A DNA stretch of 64,000 nt from assembly GCF_006345805.1 (NCBI RefSeq), contig NC_043020.1, positions 26,040,001-26,104,000 on the forward strand, in the 5' to 3' direction. This DNA is from Octopus sinensis (taxonomy: Eukaryota). The notes below the pieces were generated by a model. The model made no database searches and was not told the origin of the DNA. It saw nothing but the letters and a program-made list of their open reading frames with translations. A program made the translations under genes and the position numbers. Below, piece by piece: positions 1 to 14,875 of the stretch (positions within the stretch are counted from its first letter, which is position 1; each line of letters begins with the position of its first letter).

Positions 1-289
1 TCATACCCGCGCACGAACGCACACACACAAATATATGAGTCTGCGTCTTTGGGTGTATGTTTGTCCTATATCAACGCTTGACAACCGGTGTTGGTGGGGT
101 TATGTCCCCGTAACGTAATGGTTCGGCAAGAGGTGTCGAAAGGTTAAGAACCAGACTTAAAAATACATAACTCCACACGATGATATATTCGGCTAAAGAT
201 TCCGCCCCAGCATGGCCACATTGCAATGACTAAATCAAACAACAGATAAAAGATAAAAGCAAATCGTGATTTGTCGTCCCTTTCCTCCT

Positions 290-751
290 CCTCATCCTAT
301 TCTTCCTGGTCATCATCGTGACCATCGTCATTCGAATCGTCATGGTAACATTCATGAATACGAAGGTCTTCATTAACACGATGATAGCCATCACGATCAT
401 CATGACTATCAACACAGTAATAATTATTATCATTAATGCAACCACTAACACTATGTAAGGTTATCATCATCAGCATCATCATCATCATAATCACCCTCAT
501 CAATATCATCCTCTTCCTCTTCCTCCTCCTCCTCCTCATCATCATCATCTCCATCATCATCTCCATCATCATCATCATAATCATCCTCATCATCATGATC
601 GTCATCATAATCATCCTCATGATCTTCATAATCATCCTCATGATCATCATCATCATCAACAGCATCCTCATCATCATCATCATCATAATCATCATCAAAT
701 CCTCCTCCTCCTCCTCATCATCATCATCATCAACAGCATCATTTCCATCAT

Positions 752-785
<34 letters not shown>

Positions 786-811
786 TCCATCATCATCAAA
801 ATCATCGTCGC

Positions 812-849
<38 letters not shown>

Positions 850-1100
850 CTGTCATCGTCGTCGTCTTCGTCATTCTGGTCGTCATCATGGTTGTCGTCT
901 TCATCTCCATCATCTCTCACGCTCACCATTTTCACGATTACGACAATCGTATCACCAATAATAACGTCGACAAAAAAATCACCATCAAATGATGACAATG
1001 ACGATAACGACGACAATGATGATGATGAGGATGTGCAACCGCACCATCATCACCCTCATCATCATCATCATCATTATCATCTCCTCATCATCACCACCAA
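290..1100. repeat. (CAT)n/(CCT)n compound microsatellite
   Basis: Directly visible. Confidence 0.95.
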
Positions 1101-1415
1101 AACACCCCCATACACCCACCACCGTACATTACTTTTCCTTGTTGCCCCCATTCTTTAAAAGACATTATTGTTAACACAATTGCCAGCATGCGATGAAATT
1201 GAAACACATTTGCAATATGGCGTCCATGTGTAATACGGCGATTGTGTCATGACATATTAATCATAAATTCGCACTTGGGAGTTACGAACACAACATCAAT
1301 ATATACATACCAATTGGCATGCATCAGAAATATACAAACATAAAACAGTCTGTGTGTACATATCTAATTATATTTATATGTATATATATATATATATGTA
1401 TATATATATGTATAT

Positions 1416-1462
<47 letters not shown>

Positions 1463-1639
1463 TATATATATATAATTAGATAATAACAATAATATATATA
1501 TATATATATTATATAAACATATATATGTATATATATATATGTATGTATATGCATATATACGTGTGCACCAACAAACTCATAAATACGCAAGCATAAAAAA
1601 CAATAAGTACGTTTATATATAAATATAAATATATGAATA

Positions 1640-1672
<33 letters not shown>

Positions 1673-1834
1673 TCTATGCTTGTATATATAAAGGTTTATA
1701 TATATATGTATGTGTATGTATGTATATGTGTGAATATAAACATCCCTACGTATGTTGCATGTGTGTATGTATGTATATATATACTCACATATATATATGT
1801 ATATGCATGTATATATGTATAGATATGCATAAAC

Positions 1835-1868
<34 letters not shown>

Positions 1869-2454
1869 GCATTCGTAGTGTATACAAACGTACATATATA
1901 TGTACGCACACACACATATATCAGTACATGTACGCTCAAATATATACATATATATCTTGAGAGAGAGACATTCATACGTACACACACAAACATATTTATA
2001 GATCATCGATTCTTTGATTTATTGTACCTAGGTTTTCCCCACTGCTAACAGGAATTTCAGTGACTATAGCAGAACGGGGGGGGGAGTGGAGAGGTCGGTG
2101 TCGGTCGAAGAATTATCGGTGAGTGATGGTGGTAGGTAAAGTGAACAAAAAAAAAACAGACATCCACACATATACATAAATACACATACATATATATATA
2201 TATACCTGTATACATATATATATAAGTGTGTGTGTGTTTGTATGTGTATGTATATATATATATAAAGAGAGAGAGAGAGAGAGTTGTGGGGGGATGTATA
2301 TTGTGAAAGAAAAGAAAGGAAGGAATAAATAAGTAAAAAAAAATAACTAAACACAGCAGTTCTGATAAATCTCTGCAAAAAAACTATTGCAGAATCGCAA
2401 CGCATGTTTTGGAAACGTGAGGAATTCTAACTTCCTTGTCTGTCACTGTGAGGA

Positions 2455-2551
2455 ATTACCATTATTATTATTATTATAATTATTATCATTATTATTTTTA
2501 TAATTATTATTATTATCATTATTATCGTTATTATTATTACAATTATTCTTC

Positions 2552-2631
<80 letters not shown>

Positions 2632-2759
2632 GTTATTATCATTATTATTTTTATGATTATTATTATTATAATTATTATCATTATTATTTTTATAATTATT
2701 ATTATTATCATTATTATCGTTATTATTATTACAATTATTCTTATTACTATTATTATTAC

Positions 2760-2791
<32 letters not shown>

Positions 2792-2912
2792 TATTATTAT
2801 TATTATTACTATTATTATTACTATTATTATTATTATTATTATTATAATTATTATTATTATCATTATTATTATTATTTATTATTATTATTATTATTATTAC
2901 TATTATTATTAC

Positions 2913-2965
<53 letters not shown>

Positions 2966-3132
2966 TATTATTACTATTATTATTACTATCATTATTATTT
3001 TTATTAATATTATTATTATTACTGTTATTATCATCGTTGTTGTTCTTCATTTTAATATTATCATCAATTTTTTCTATTATCATTGTTGTTCTTCATTTAT
3101 TATTATTATTGTTGTTGTTGTCATTGTTGTTA

Positions 3133-3176
<44 letters not shown>

Positions 3177-3818
3177 GTTGTTGTTGTTGTTGTTGTCGTT
3201 TATGGTTTGTTGGCATTTCTATTGTTGGCGATGTTGTTGATATTGACGTTGTTGATATTGACGTTGTTGATTTGTTATCGTTTCTTTCCTTATTGTCGCG
3301 TTCCATGTTTAAAGCCTTGTTGCTGTTGTTGTTGTTGTTGTTGTGACTGAGAGATGCTGTAAACCTTGTTCACCCCACTCCGCACACGACAACCGTCCAA
3401 ACACCACCACCAACAACAACAACAACACCACCACTGCCATTACCACGACGGCCACCATCAATTACAACCACTACCACGACCACCACCACTTCCATCACCA
3501 CCACCAATAACAACAACACGACCGCCACCATAACCACGACCACTACCACCGCCACAATCACCACCAGCAACAACAACACTACCACCACTAAGATCAGCAC
3601 TCCTACTCCTACCACCATCACCATCTAAACTATCACATCCACCACCACCACCACCATCACCACCACCGTCTATACTGTCATCTCCACCACCACCACTATC
3701 ACCACCACAACCAATAACAACAACAACACAACCACCACGAAGATCACCAACTATTACCACCATCACCAATAACAGTGCGACAACCACCAACACTGTCACC
3801 ATCTCTACCATCACTTCC

Positions 3819-3850
<32 letters not shown>

Positions 3851-4000
3851 AAACAGCAACACAACCACCACTAAGATCACCACTCCTACCACCATCACCA
3901 ACAACACCATCACCATCTCTACCATCACTTCCACCACCACCACCATCACCACCACCGTCTATACTGTCATCTCCACCACCACCACCACCACCACCTCTAA
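2455..4000. repeat. (ATT)n, then (GTT)n, then (CAC/CAA)n compound block with internal higher-order duplications
   Basis: Directly visible; for example 2461-2555 is repeated at about 2657-2750, and accgtctatactgtcatctccaccaccacc occurs at about 3665 and 3955. Confidence 0.95.
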
Positions 4001-4214
4001 GATTGCATCGATTTCACTCGTTTTTATTTTTGTTGCAGTTGTTCTTTTCTTATCGTTTCCTTTTCTGTTTATTTTCCGCCCCTATCACGACCCTCCACCC
4101 CTGCCCACCACCACCCCATTTTATGTCTTTTCCTTAACCATTTTCTTGTTGTAACGACTGATAGATGCTAAACACCTCACCACATCGCCACTACCCAACA
4201 CCGCCGCGATTCTA

Positions 4215-5430
4215 TCTCTCCTCTTTATTCTTTTTTTTTTCCAATTTTTTAAAATTATTTTCTTTCTTTTTTGTACTTCTGTAAATATTTTTTTCTTTCG
4301 CCTCTCACATTTTCTTGTTTTTTCATGATTTCTTCCTTCTTCTTTCCTCCTTCATTCTTTCCTTTTTTCTTCCTTCCACTCGTTCATCCTCTCTCCTTCT
4401 TCATCGTCGTTCCCTCGTTCTCTCTCACACATTGTTTTCTCTCTTGTTTCTTTATCTCCTTTTCTCCTTCTTTTCTACTTTCTTTGTCTCATTCTCATTC
4501 TTTTTCCTTCCTTTGCCTTCGTCTTCTCTCGTTCTGTCGCTCTTCATTCTTTCTTTCTCACTCTTTCTATCTCTTTCTCTCACACACACACACTTACCTG
4601 TCTCTCTTTTTTATTTTCTTCTTTCTTTCCTCCTCTCCCTCCCTCCTTGTCTCACTCTCTTCTCTCCTCTCTCCCTCTTTCTTTCACCCTTTTCCTTCAT
4701 TTCTTCCTCTTGCTCTCCTTCTTTTCTTTTCTCTTCACGCACTTTCCTTCTTTCTAAAGCATTATCTTTGCCTTGGAGTGTGTGCGTGTGTCTCACTCTC
4801 TCTCTCTCTCTCTCTCTCTCTCGCTTTCTCTCTCATTCCCTCTCTCTTTCTTTCCCTCTTTCTTTCCTTCAGTCTCTCAATTTCTCTCTCTCTCTCTCTC
4901 TCTCTCTCTATTTCTTTCTCAATCACCCCTCACTTCCTTCTAACTGTTTTCGTTTCTTACGATCTCTCTTTCTGTTTTCTTTTTCTTCTCTATTTCATTT
5001 TCTCTTCCTTTATCTCTCTCTTTCTATCTATCTTTCTCTTACTCCCACCCTCCATCCCCTCTCTCACCCTCTTTCGTTTACTCTCTCCCTCTATCCCCCT
5101 CTCTCGCTCTCAAACACCCTCACTTCCTTCTTACTCATTTCGTTTCTTACGATCTCTCTTTCTTTCCCTCGCTATTTCCCTTTCTCTCTCTCTCTTTCTC
5201 TATCTATCTATCTATCTATCTATCTTTCCCAATCCCCCCTCACTTCCTTGCAACTCATTTCGTTTCCTACGTTCTCTCTTTCTGTCTTCCTTTCCTTCCC
5301 TCGCTCTTCCCCCCTCTCTCCCTCTCTCTCTATCTTTCCCAATCACCCCTCACTTCCTTCTAACTCTTTTCGTCTCATTCTTTCTATTTTCATTTCCTTC
5401 TCTTTTTCTTTCTTCTCTTTCTTTCTTCGA
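4215..5430. repeat. CT-rich pyrimidine tract with a ~50-bp unit repeated about 4 times
   Basis: aatcacccctcacttccttctaact..cgtttcttacgatctctctt and variants near 4921, 5117, 5231 and 5341. Confidence 0.9.
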
Positions 5431-5624
5431 TAATTTGTTTATTTCCTTCAATAGATCCACTGTTGCTTTGGTTCGCTATGAACCGTTATTGTTGTAGTTG
5501 TCATTGCAGATAGAATTATTCTTTCTCTTATTTATTCCAGGCGAAGTGGCCACACAGTACGGGTGGTAGTATTCTAAGTGGTGGTACTAAATTATCATTA
5601 TTATTATTATCATTATTACTATTA

Positions 5625-6032
5625 TCATTGTTGTTGTTATTATTCTATGTTTCGCTTTTACATTGTATTTGTACTAGCTGCTTCCAAGTCACACCCAGAG
5701 ACCTCAAGAGTGATCAAGTTACAAGTTCAAGTTGGTGTTATGACCAGGGTGCCATATTTTTGGTTTTGCGCAGAGTATTGTTCTAGAGAATGTCAGTAAA
5801 TTAGAACTGTGTAAGTAAATTAGAATTTTGTTTTCAATTATTATTTTTTTTTTCCTTCAAATTTTCTTCCGTTTCTCGCCGAGTGTTTTCCATACACCTA
5901 GGGCAGAGAAGCTCATTGTATGCATTCCCAGATTACACACGCAAAATTCATAGGTAAATATGTATTTTAAAAATTCAATAAATAAATAAATTCATGAATA
6001 GATGTTGTTTTCACAGCGATAATGCTCTTCTC

Positions 6033-6040
<8 letters not shown>
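5625..6040 (-). mobile_element. Three very short R4-like 3'-end fragments separated by (AAT)n
   Basis: 5836-5900 matches the 3' UTR at 14015-14060. 6010-6038 matches the RRALSL* end at 14150-14180. 5625-5760 resembles a 3' UTR ending in (AAT/AAC)n. Confidence 0.45.
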
Positions 6041-6077
<37 letters not shown>

Positions 6078-6122
6078 TTTCTTCATCATCCTCATTATCA
6101 TCAACATCATCTTCTTCTTCTT

Positions 6123-6153
<31 letters not shown>

Positions 6154-6559
6154 ACAAGTGATTTAATAGCACTGCTAACACAGTAGAAAACAGCAGTGTG
6201 TTGTATTCTTTCGCAAAACATTCCATTTCAGAGGATCTTACGTGTGGTACAGCGTGCATTTGTACAGGCTACGACCTTTAGATAGAAGGAGTGGGATAAT
6301 ATACATCACATTCATGTGATCATTAGAAACAAAAACACCTGTGCAGGTACTTCAGCAAGAAATTACGGAACCATCGATTACAATGAGAGAGCCCGACGTT
6401 GAAATTATCAACACTTCTAAGGAGCATCTTTGATTTAGTAAAATTCTCAAGAGGAATGGAAATGAAGTAATAAACTATTCATAGTAAAATGCCGAAAATC
6501 CTTTGTCCAACCGAATATCCTGTTGCCATACGACTTGTATATTTCCAAAGCTAAGGAAA

Positions 6560-7560
6560 TATATCATATAAAACTCTTATGAACAGAGACAGTGTCCAAA
6601 GAATATTATAACAGAATTTAAAATATTTGGAAGCTAGAGCTCTTCCCTGACAACCAGACAATATCCCACAATGCACTTAGATTGCCGGTACCGATATTTG
6701 AGAAAGTTGATTGGTGTACATTTGAAGTCTACAACGTTAGTTTGGAAGCACAGGTTTTCGTTGGTCCTTGAAGTTAAGCAACAATGAGCAGAGTTAGTAC
6801 TTGTTTGGGTGACCACTTGGGAAACTAGGTGCTGTAAGTATCACGTTAAGGGCATTGACCCAGCGTGGTCACAACGGCTACTTGAAAAACGTAAAGGGAT
6901 TAAAGAAATGGATATATTGTGTAACGTTTGGGGTTTCATTAGAATCAGTTGCAGAAACTATTGTAGAGACGGAGTGCAACACAGAAGAAAAGCAACGGTT
7001 GCAGGATTAAAATCAAAGATTAGAGACTTTGAATGCTTTGTGGTAACACACACAGGATCTGCTATGCGGTTGCTACAACAATGCATACATCAAGCAAATG
7101 CTCAAATGGGAAGAGAACAAAATTCGAAGGGTCAATGAACTACGCAAGACGTTGCTTCCTAATCATCTTGGCGAAACAAATATGGAAAAGAGATATTTGA
7201 CTAGCATAGCAAAGAGATGAAAAAGGAGAATTTCCACTTGCATGCCTCTTGAAATTTTGCGGGCGGTGCTAATGTAAAACTGAGGTGTGAGGACTTTTGC
7301 ATTTGTGACAGTTATATCACGTCACGTTTTGAAGATTACTTTTTGCAGTCCAAATTCTGGAAAAGGGCTACGAAATATTAATGAACAAGAGACGCTGAAG
7401 TCTTTAAACCATCCAAAATGACAAGGAAAGTGTCAACTATATCATACTTTTATGGGAAATATTACACATCAGATCAGCAGCTGTCCAAAGTTGTTATTAC
7501 GGTATTAACTCCCATTGGGACATGAGGTTATTCCTAAAACAATATACGGAGATAGCAGTA
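6560..7560 (+). mobile_element. Highly decayed R4-like LINE fragment
   Basis: SKEYYNRI*NIWKLEL..SHNALRLPV..VDW and NEQETL..KCQLYH..NITHQISSCPKL, with stops and shifts. Confidence 0.5.
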
Positions 7561-7716
7561 CGAGAGACAAGCCTACAATTATGGGATAACTATAATGTTC
7601 CACTAGATAAATAGACGCATATATATAGATGCATATATACATTCATATACACACACACACAAACACACATACACACGCACTAATATATATATTATATATA
7701 TATATATATATTATAT

Positions 7717-7782
<66 letters not shown>

Positions 7783-7788
7783 ATGTAT

Positions 7789-7855
<67 letters not shown>

Positions 7856-8429
7856 CATACATACATACATACATGTATATATATGTATATATATTTTGTA
7901 GATATGTAAGATTTGTATAAGCTTATACAAATACGGATAGGTACATACACACATACATATATAAATGCATATATATATGTGTGTGTGTGTATATATGAGT
8001 GTGTGTATGTGTATATATATATGTGTGTGTGTGAATGTGTATCTGTGTGCACATGTACGTCTGTGCACGCACAGTATCCAGATGCATAAAAGCGCATGCG
8101 TAGACACACATGCATTTGCACACTGACATATACATGCTATGCAATCGGGTCAAAAGTATTATTCACCTTAGAGTAAATTCAAGCCATTTTGTGATTTCCT
8201 AAACGATTAACAAAGTCTTTCGAGGTCGGAAGAAATGCAAGAAGCTGCTTCTAAGAAATGCTTACAAATTCATTCGAAGACGAGAGATACGCAAGACCAA
8301 TTTTCTTTGTATTGCCAGCAGAGTCAGTAATACTCTTTTACTCGTTTCAGTCATTTGTCTGTGACCATGCTGGAGCACCGCCTTTAGTCGAGCAAATCGA
8401 CCCGATGATTTATTCTTTGTAAACCTAGT

Positions 8430-8430
8430 A

Positions 8431-8501
<71 letters not shown>

Positions 8502-8527
8502 CATACTTATCTGTCTATCTATCTATA

Positions 8528-8574
<47 letters not shown>

Positions 8575-8660
8575 ATATCTATCTATCTATCAATCTATCT
8601 ATCCATCTATCTATCTATCTATCTATCTATCTATATATCTATCTATGTATCTATATATTT

Positions 8661-8705
<45 letters not shown>

Positions 8706-8775
8706 ATATCTATCTATCTATCTATCTATTTATCTATCTATCATCTATCTATCTATCTACTTATTTATCTATGTA
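8430..8775. repeat. (ATCT)n tetranucleotide array
   Basis: Directly visible. Confidence 0.97.
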
Positions 8776-9159
8776 ACTATATGTATATATCTCTCTCTAT
8801 ATATACATGCAAATAATCATATATGTGTGCGTGTGTGCATGTGCGTGTACGTGCATGTTTGTATAAATATATATACGTACGTAAGTGTATATGCAGCATG
8901 TATATAAACAAATCTGTGAATACGAATGAAAACGGAAGAGTTAAACATGTAGAAAGGAATAAAGGGTGGAAGGCGGAGGAAAGTCGCATTCCCATAAGAG
9001 AGAACTGCTGGGGACGGAGGTAATCGTATATTTTAATAATGACAATCGCTGAGCAAGGTCAATATACTGATCTTACACGTGAAGACCCCTAAGGTGGGGG
9101 GGTGCTGTTCAAGCAGGGAGTCAGTGACAATATAACGACTGCATTTAATTAATGGCTCA

Positions 9160-9217
9160 TGGGTGACGATGACGATGATGGTGATAAAGATGACAATGAT
9201 GATGGTGATGATAATGG

Positions 9218-9252
<35 letters not shown>

Positions 9253-9428
9253 ATCATGAAGATGATGATGATGATGACGATGATGATGATGACGATGATG
9301 ATGATAATGATGATGATGATGATGATGATGATGACGATGATGATAATGACAGTGATGATGTCGATGATGATGACGATGATGGTCATAACAACGATGATGA
9401 TGGTGGTGGTGGTGACGATGATGATAAA

Positions 9429-9472
<44 letters not shown>

Positions 9473-10900
9473 CGACGATGATGATGATGATGACAATGAT
9501 GATGATGGTGATGATGATGGTGATGGTGCCGGTGCTGGTGATGCTAATGATGACAACTGCGACAACGATGATGATGATGATTACGATGAGAAAGAGGGCA
9601 AATGATACTGGAGATATTGGAGATGATGGTCATTTTTGACGACGATGATCATAATATTGATGGTGATGTTGCTGCTGCTGATGATGATGATGAATATAGT
9701 GGTGATGTCGGTGATGGCGAGCATGATGATGACATTAATCATATTGATGTTGATGATTTGAAGATATCACTTTTGCCGTTAATGCTGTTGCTATTGCTCC
9801 TGCCTTGCTGCTGCTGCTGATGATGATGGTGATGATGATGATGACGACGACGACGTTGATTATGACGACGACGACGACGACGATGACAAATGTGATCGCG
9901 TCTATGACAAATATTACGACGACGTGTAACATGGAGTTGATGCAGATGTGAAGACGACGACGATTACGATGATGACGAGGAGGATGGAGGAGGATGAGGA
10001 TGATAATGGTGATGCTGATGACAAAGACGTTGACAAGAATGATGTTCATGTTGACCAGTATCTCAAACTTAATCACTTTTCGTGTAATCGTTAATCAAGT
10101 GTAAGTCGCATTGATAATGATGCGGAGGCTTTCGTATGGAGAAAGAAGGGAATCAGAAAGATACGAAGATGAAGAGAAACGAAAGAAAGAAAGAAAGAAA
10201 GAAAGGAAATAATGAAGGGTGAAAAGCATTGGAAAATAGAATAAAATAAAAGGGGAATGAATAAGAAGGGCTAAAATTATGAAGGAGAAATTGAAGGAAA
10301 GAAAGGAGAAAGAGGGAAAATGTTCGGAGGGAATGTAGTAAGAGAGGAAGGAAATAAGGATGGCAGAATGATGGAAGAGAAAAGGAAGTAAAGAAAAATG
10401 AAAATGAGAATCGGAGGAAAGAGAGAAGGAAGGAAGATGTGAAGGAGAAAAGTGTGAAAGAGAAAATGGAGAAGAGAAAGGATTAAGGAATACATGATCG
10501 GAGGAGAGATAGAAAGAAAGAAAGTGTGAAGGAGAAAATTGTGAAAGAGAAAAGAAAGATTGAAAGGAAGAAAAAATGTGTGGTTGGAGGAAAGAGAGAA
10601 AGAAGGAAGATATGAAGGAGAAAAGTGTGAAAGAGAAAACGAAGGAGAGAAAGGTATGAAGAATACTTGATCGGAGGAAAGATAGAGAGATAGAGAGAAG
10701 GAAAATATGAAGGAGAGAGTCACAACGAAGTAAGGAGTAAATGAGAAAGCCAAAATAATGAGAGAGAGAGGAAGAGAGAAGGAAGGAAGAAAGGAAGGAA
10801 GGAAATGAATGGAGACAAATGTTGAGAGGAAAGAATGACAGTGAAAAGTAGCAATGGAAGATAGAAAAAAAAAACGATAAAATAAAAAAAAGAAGATGAT
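9160..10900. repeat. (GAT)n block followed by GA-rich purine tract
   Basis: Directly visible; gaaggagaaaagtgtgaaagagaaaa recurs at 10440-10640. Confidence 0.95.
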
Positions 10901-11412
10901 GAATTCAAGAAATTGGAAATTCTGATAAATGAGATTTGCCATTCTCAGCGATTCTTCGAGTGTATAACAGTGCAGAATTTTCTAAAGTGAAAATTTACGG
11001 ACAAAAGAACGTGTACCATGTGACATAGGAACAAAATGACGTGTACATGCCGTGGTGAATACAGTACGCGTAATTCTTCAAAACCAGAAGAACCTTAATT
11101 TTATACACTTGTAATCAGAAATATTCTAATCTTCTTCACTTGGTAGTTTTTTTTAATATTCCGCCTTAATGTATCTAGACCTATATTATGTGATGTATCG
11201 TTCTTTGGACAGGGTATGAGAACAAATCCACCTCATGGCCATCTTATTTCTTGGCCGTAATCTTTGGTGGCATGGGTGTGTGGTGCAGACATGGTTGTGT
11301 GCTTATTAACTTTGTGGTTCCAGGTTCACTCCGCCTCTTTGGTACCTTGGGCAGACGTCTTCTTTTATAGCCCCAAGCCGACAAAATGACTTGTGAGCGT
11401 ATTAGGTAAGCA

Positions 11413-11830
11413 GAAATACCTATTTCTTTATTACCCACAAGGGGCTAAACATAGAGGGGACAAACAAGGACAGACATAGGTATTAAGTCGATTACATCGA
11501 CCCCAGTGCGTAACTGGTACTTAATTTATCGACCCCGAAAGGATGAAAGGCAAAGTCGACCTAAGCATTTCACCCGGCGTGCTAATAATTCTTATTTCTT
11601 TATTGCCCACAAGGGGCTAAACATAAAAGGGACAAACAAGGACAGACATAGGTATTAAGTCGATTACATCGACCGCAGTGCATAACTGGTACTTAGTTTA
11701 TCGACCCCGAAAGGATGAAAGGCAAAGTCGACCCCGGCGGAATTTGAACTCAGAACGTAGATAAACGAAATACCAACCACTAAGCAATTCGCCCGGCTTA
11801 CTAACGTTTCTGGCAGCTCCTGGCCGCCTT
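11413..11830 (-). mobile_element. SINE-A dimer
   Basis: Two tail-core units plus the head ending ..gccgcctt. Confidence 0.85.
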
Positions 11831-12683
11831 AGAAAAATGTCAGGACCAATTATGAGAACTACAACCAGAATCACTATCGTCCATCAACGAGACAACTTCT
11901 ACAAGGAAAAATTCTAAGTCTAAACCCATTACCATTAAAATCATATGTAAGACCAGCACAATCAATACAAAAGCCAAGACTCCCATACAAACAGACGGTA
12001 CAAGTGAAAGTCATCACGGCTAAAGATATGTCTACGAACCACCACGACACCATTCTAATTACAAGCAACTACAAATAGAATTAACATTCATACACATACA
12101 TAGGTATCCAGAGGACCACACCCACTAACCGAACCAACTCGCTGGAAAACACCGATTATACGCAAACATACGAAGAAACAATAAAAAGACAATTGATGAA
12201 AGTTTCTAAAATATATATGAAAACAAGCAACAAAATGAGAGAAACAGGAAAAAATGACGGCGGGAAGGAGAATAGGAGAGCAGGTGTGTGTGTGTAGGAG
12301 AGAGAGAATAATGGAGGGAGAGAGGGAGACGGTGAGTAGGGAGGGTTTGTAATGGAATTTATAAAAGGTTTGAAGAGAAAAATATTGGTGAGTGAGTATT
12401 AAACTGTCCAAAAATAAATGATTGCTTGTTAATTTTATGGTAGGTGTTGAAAGAATAATTTCCTGCTTCCTAGATCTACACTGTTTCAGGAATGATATAT
12501 GTATATATATATATATACGTATACATACATACAAATATACATACATAATACATACATACACTCGTACACATATATATATACATATATGTATCTGTATATA
12601 TTTATGAATATAAATGTGTATATATATCTGTGTCTATGAGTGTGTGCATATATATATATGTAGGTATATATATATATAATATT

Positions 12684-12734
<51 letters not shown>

Positions 12735-13171
12735 TATATATATATATTGTATATATATATATATGTGTGTGTGGTGTGTGTGTGGTGTATGAACGATATA
12801 TGTATATGTATATGTATATGTTTATTGCACCAATAGACTTAATGTTTGATATCGTGTTTATGTAGTGTAGTGGTGCCGTTTAAGAAAAATTGTTTAATCT
12901 ATGTTTGCTGTATTGGATGATATAAAATACTTAAAGACCCTTCTCAGCCAAAGATCTATTATTATTGGTATTTTGCCCGTTGCTACTTCCTGAGTTCAAA
13001 TTCCGGCGCTGTTAATTTTTACCTTTTTATCCTTTCATTTCAGTACCAGTCAAACACTGGGTAGATGCAATCGACTCAACGTCCCCCCCAAATTCGCTGC
13101 CTTTGTGGAAAACTTTGAATGCCGTATTAATATTATTATTATTGTTGTTGTTGTTGTTGTTGTTATTATTA

Positions 13172-13965
13172 TTATTATTATTCCTTCGTAAAACCGTGCA
13201 GGTAAAAACGCACCGGAGTCTTTAGTCATCTGTCAAGTCACAACAAGGACCTCAAACAGATAATACTTTCCTGAAGATGTGCGCTGTATCCAATACGGCT
13301 CCTTCTTCCAAGACATCAATCTCGAAAGGGATTTCCAATTCCCTTAAGAAGTCTTGATGTCTCAACGGGAATGAGCCCCACGCTCCGATCATCACTGGTA
13401 TCACTTTTACATTACCATCTCGTATTCAATAAAGTCTTGCCATTTCCTATTTCAATTCGGAGTACTTGGTGATTTTTTCAACCTCATTTCTCACAAAATT
13501 CATGTCATTTGGTACAGCTAAATCAATGATCTGACAGTATTTGTCTCTCTTATTCAATATGACAATCTGAGGCCGACGGTGTTCGATTACACGATCGTTT
13601 GAAAATCATAGTCCCAGAGTATCGTTATTTTTCCATCCTCCAGCATACATTTACTTGGCGCATGCTCATACCAGTTCTCTGTTACTTCATATTGGTATTT
13701 ACGGCATAAAAGCCAATGAAGACACACACACACTCTATCGTAGCGGCGCTTGTATACTTTTTGTACAAGGCTCTCACATTCACTTACTAAGTGGGTCCCA
13801 TTTTCCACACTCTTTCCACAGAGTCTGCATTTCTGGGTGTCAGAAGTTTTATAGACGTTATACTTCACTGAATTGATAGCGAGAGCCTGATCTTCTGCAG
13901 CAACGATAAGGATTTCGGTGGTATGCTTCAAGTCACCGCGTTCAAGCCATGCCCACGATGCTGTA
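13172..13965 (-). mobile_element. 5'-truncated R4/Dong-like LINE (CCHC finger + restriction-like endonuclease)
   Basis: WLERGDLKHTTEILIVAAEDQAL..CRLCGKSVENGTHLVSEC..YKRRYDRV..WYEHAP..ILWDYDFQT, then frameshifted RRPQIVI..IIDLAVP..EKITKYSEL..LDTAHIFRKVL. (AAT)n at both junctions. Confidence 0.8.
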
Positions 13966-14000
13966 TCATTATTATTATCATTGTTATTGCTATTATTATT

Positions 14001-14388
14001 TTTTTTTTCTTTCAAATTTGCTTCCATTTCTTGCCGAGTGTCTTCCTGACTCCTGACTGCATAGTATACATTGGTAGGCCATTAAACTAAACTCAATAGT
14101 TAGTTCTTTTTTTTTTTTTAAGTTAAATTAAAACACATGGGTAGTAATAGTTCTCACAGCGACAATGCTCTTCTCAATACGTGTGATGTACCAGTTAAGA
14201 CAATCTTTTGCACTTCTTGCAGGGATGGTAAGCCAGGGATCATTCTCATATAATTTTCGGTTCCCTTCTTGATCATTCCTAGTGCTCCTACGATCACTGG
14301 TATTGTAACCGACTTGAGATGCCACATTTTCACAATTTCAATGAGCAGGTCTTTTTATTTTCTGAGCTTGTCAAACTCTTTCGCCGAG
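14001..14388 (-). mobile_element. Short 3' end of a second R4-like LINE, head-to-tail with the previous element
   Basis: KDLLIEIVKMWHLKSVTIPVIVGALGMIKKG..LQEVQKIVLTGTSHVLRRALSL* plus 3' UTR ending in A-run and (AAT)n. Confidence 0.7.
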
Positions 14389-14407
14389 ATTATTATTATT
14401 ATTATTA

Positions 14408-14452
<45 letters not shown>

Positions 14453-14875
14453 TATTATTATTGCTAAATATTATTATAATTATTATTGTTGAAGCTGTTA
14501 TTGTTAAATTTATTGTTAATGTTGTTGATATTGTTATCACTTGTACTATAATTGTCTTTACTATTCCCGTCTACACCTAAATCATCTTCATGAAAGTTAC
14601 TTTTTCCTATAATTATTATAATCACCATACTCTCTCCATATGGTTGTCATTATGCATTTCCATTAAACTCAAACACACAAATAAACAACCACATACATAC
14701 TAGAAAATATAAGTGTGTGTATACATAAGGGTATATATATATATGTCATTTCCCTCTCTCTATCGCTCTGTATATGAATGTCTGAGCGCCTAATAATACT
14801 TTAATTGTTCCACCTCCTCGCGTTGTTGTCGTTTTTGTTTTCTTGTTTGGATTAACTTTATATATATATATATAT

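Noticed and set aside
300-10900. Giant inverted repeat from complementary blocks (CAT versus GAT; CT-rich versus GA-rich)
   Set aside because: The block order is not mirrored and no unique sequence is shared, so these are independent microsatellites.
230-10942. Long ORFs encoding poly-D, poly-M, poly-I, poly-Y, IY repeats or F/L/S-rich peptides (and equivalents across the window)
   Set aside because: They are translations of (CAT)n, (ATT)n, (TA)n and (CT)n tracts, which lack stop codons in several frames. There is no domain or codon evidence.
11835-12190. Stop-poor, S/T/K-rich unique stretch as a possible exon
   Set aside because: No splice signals or domain similarity. It could be low-complexity LINE ORF1-type debris.
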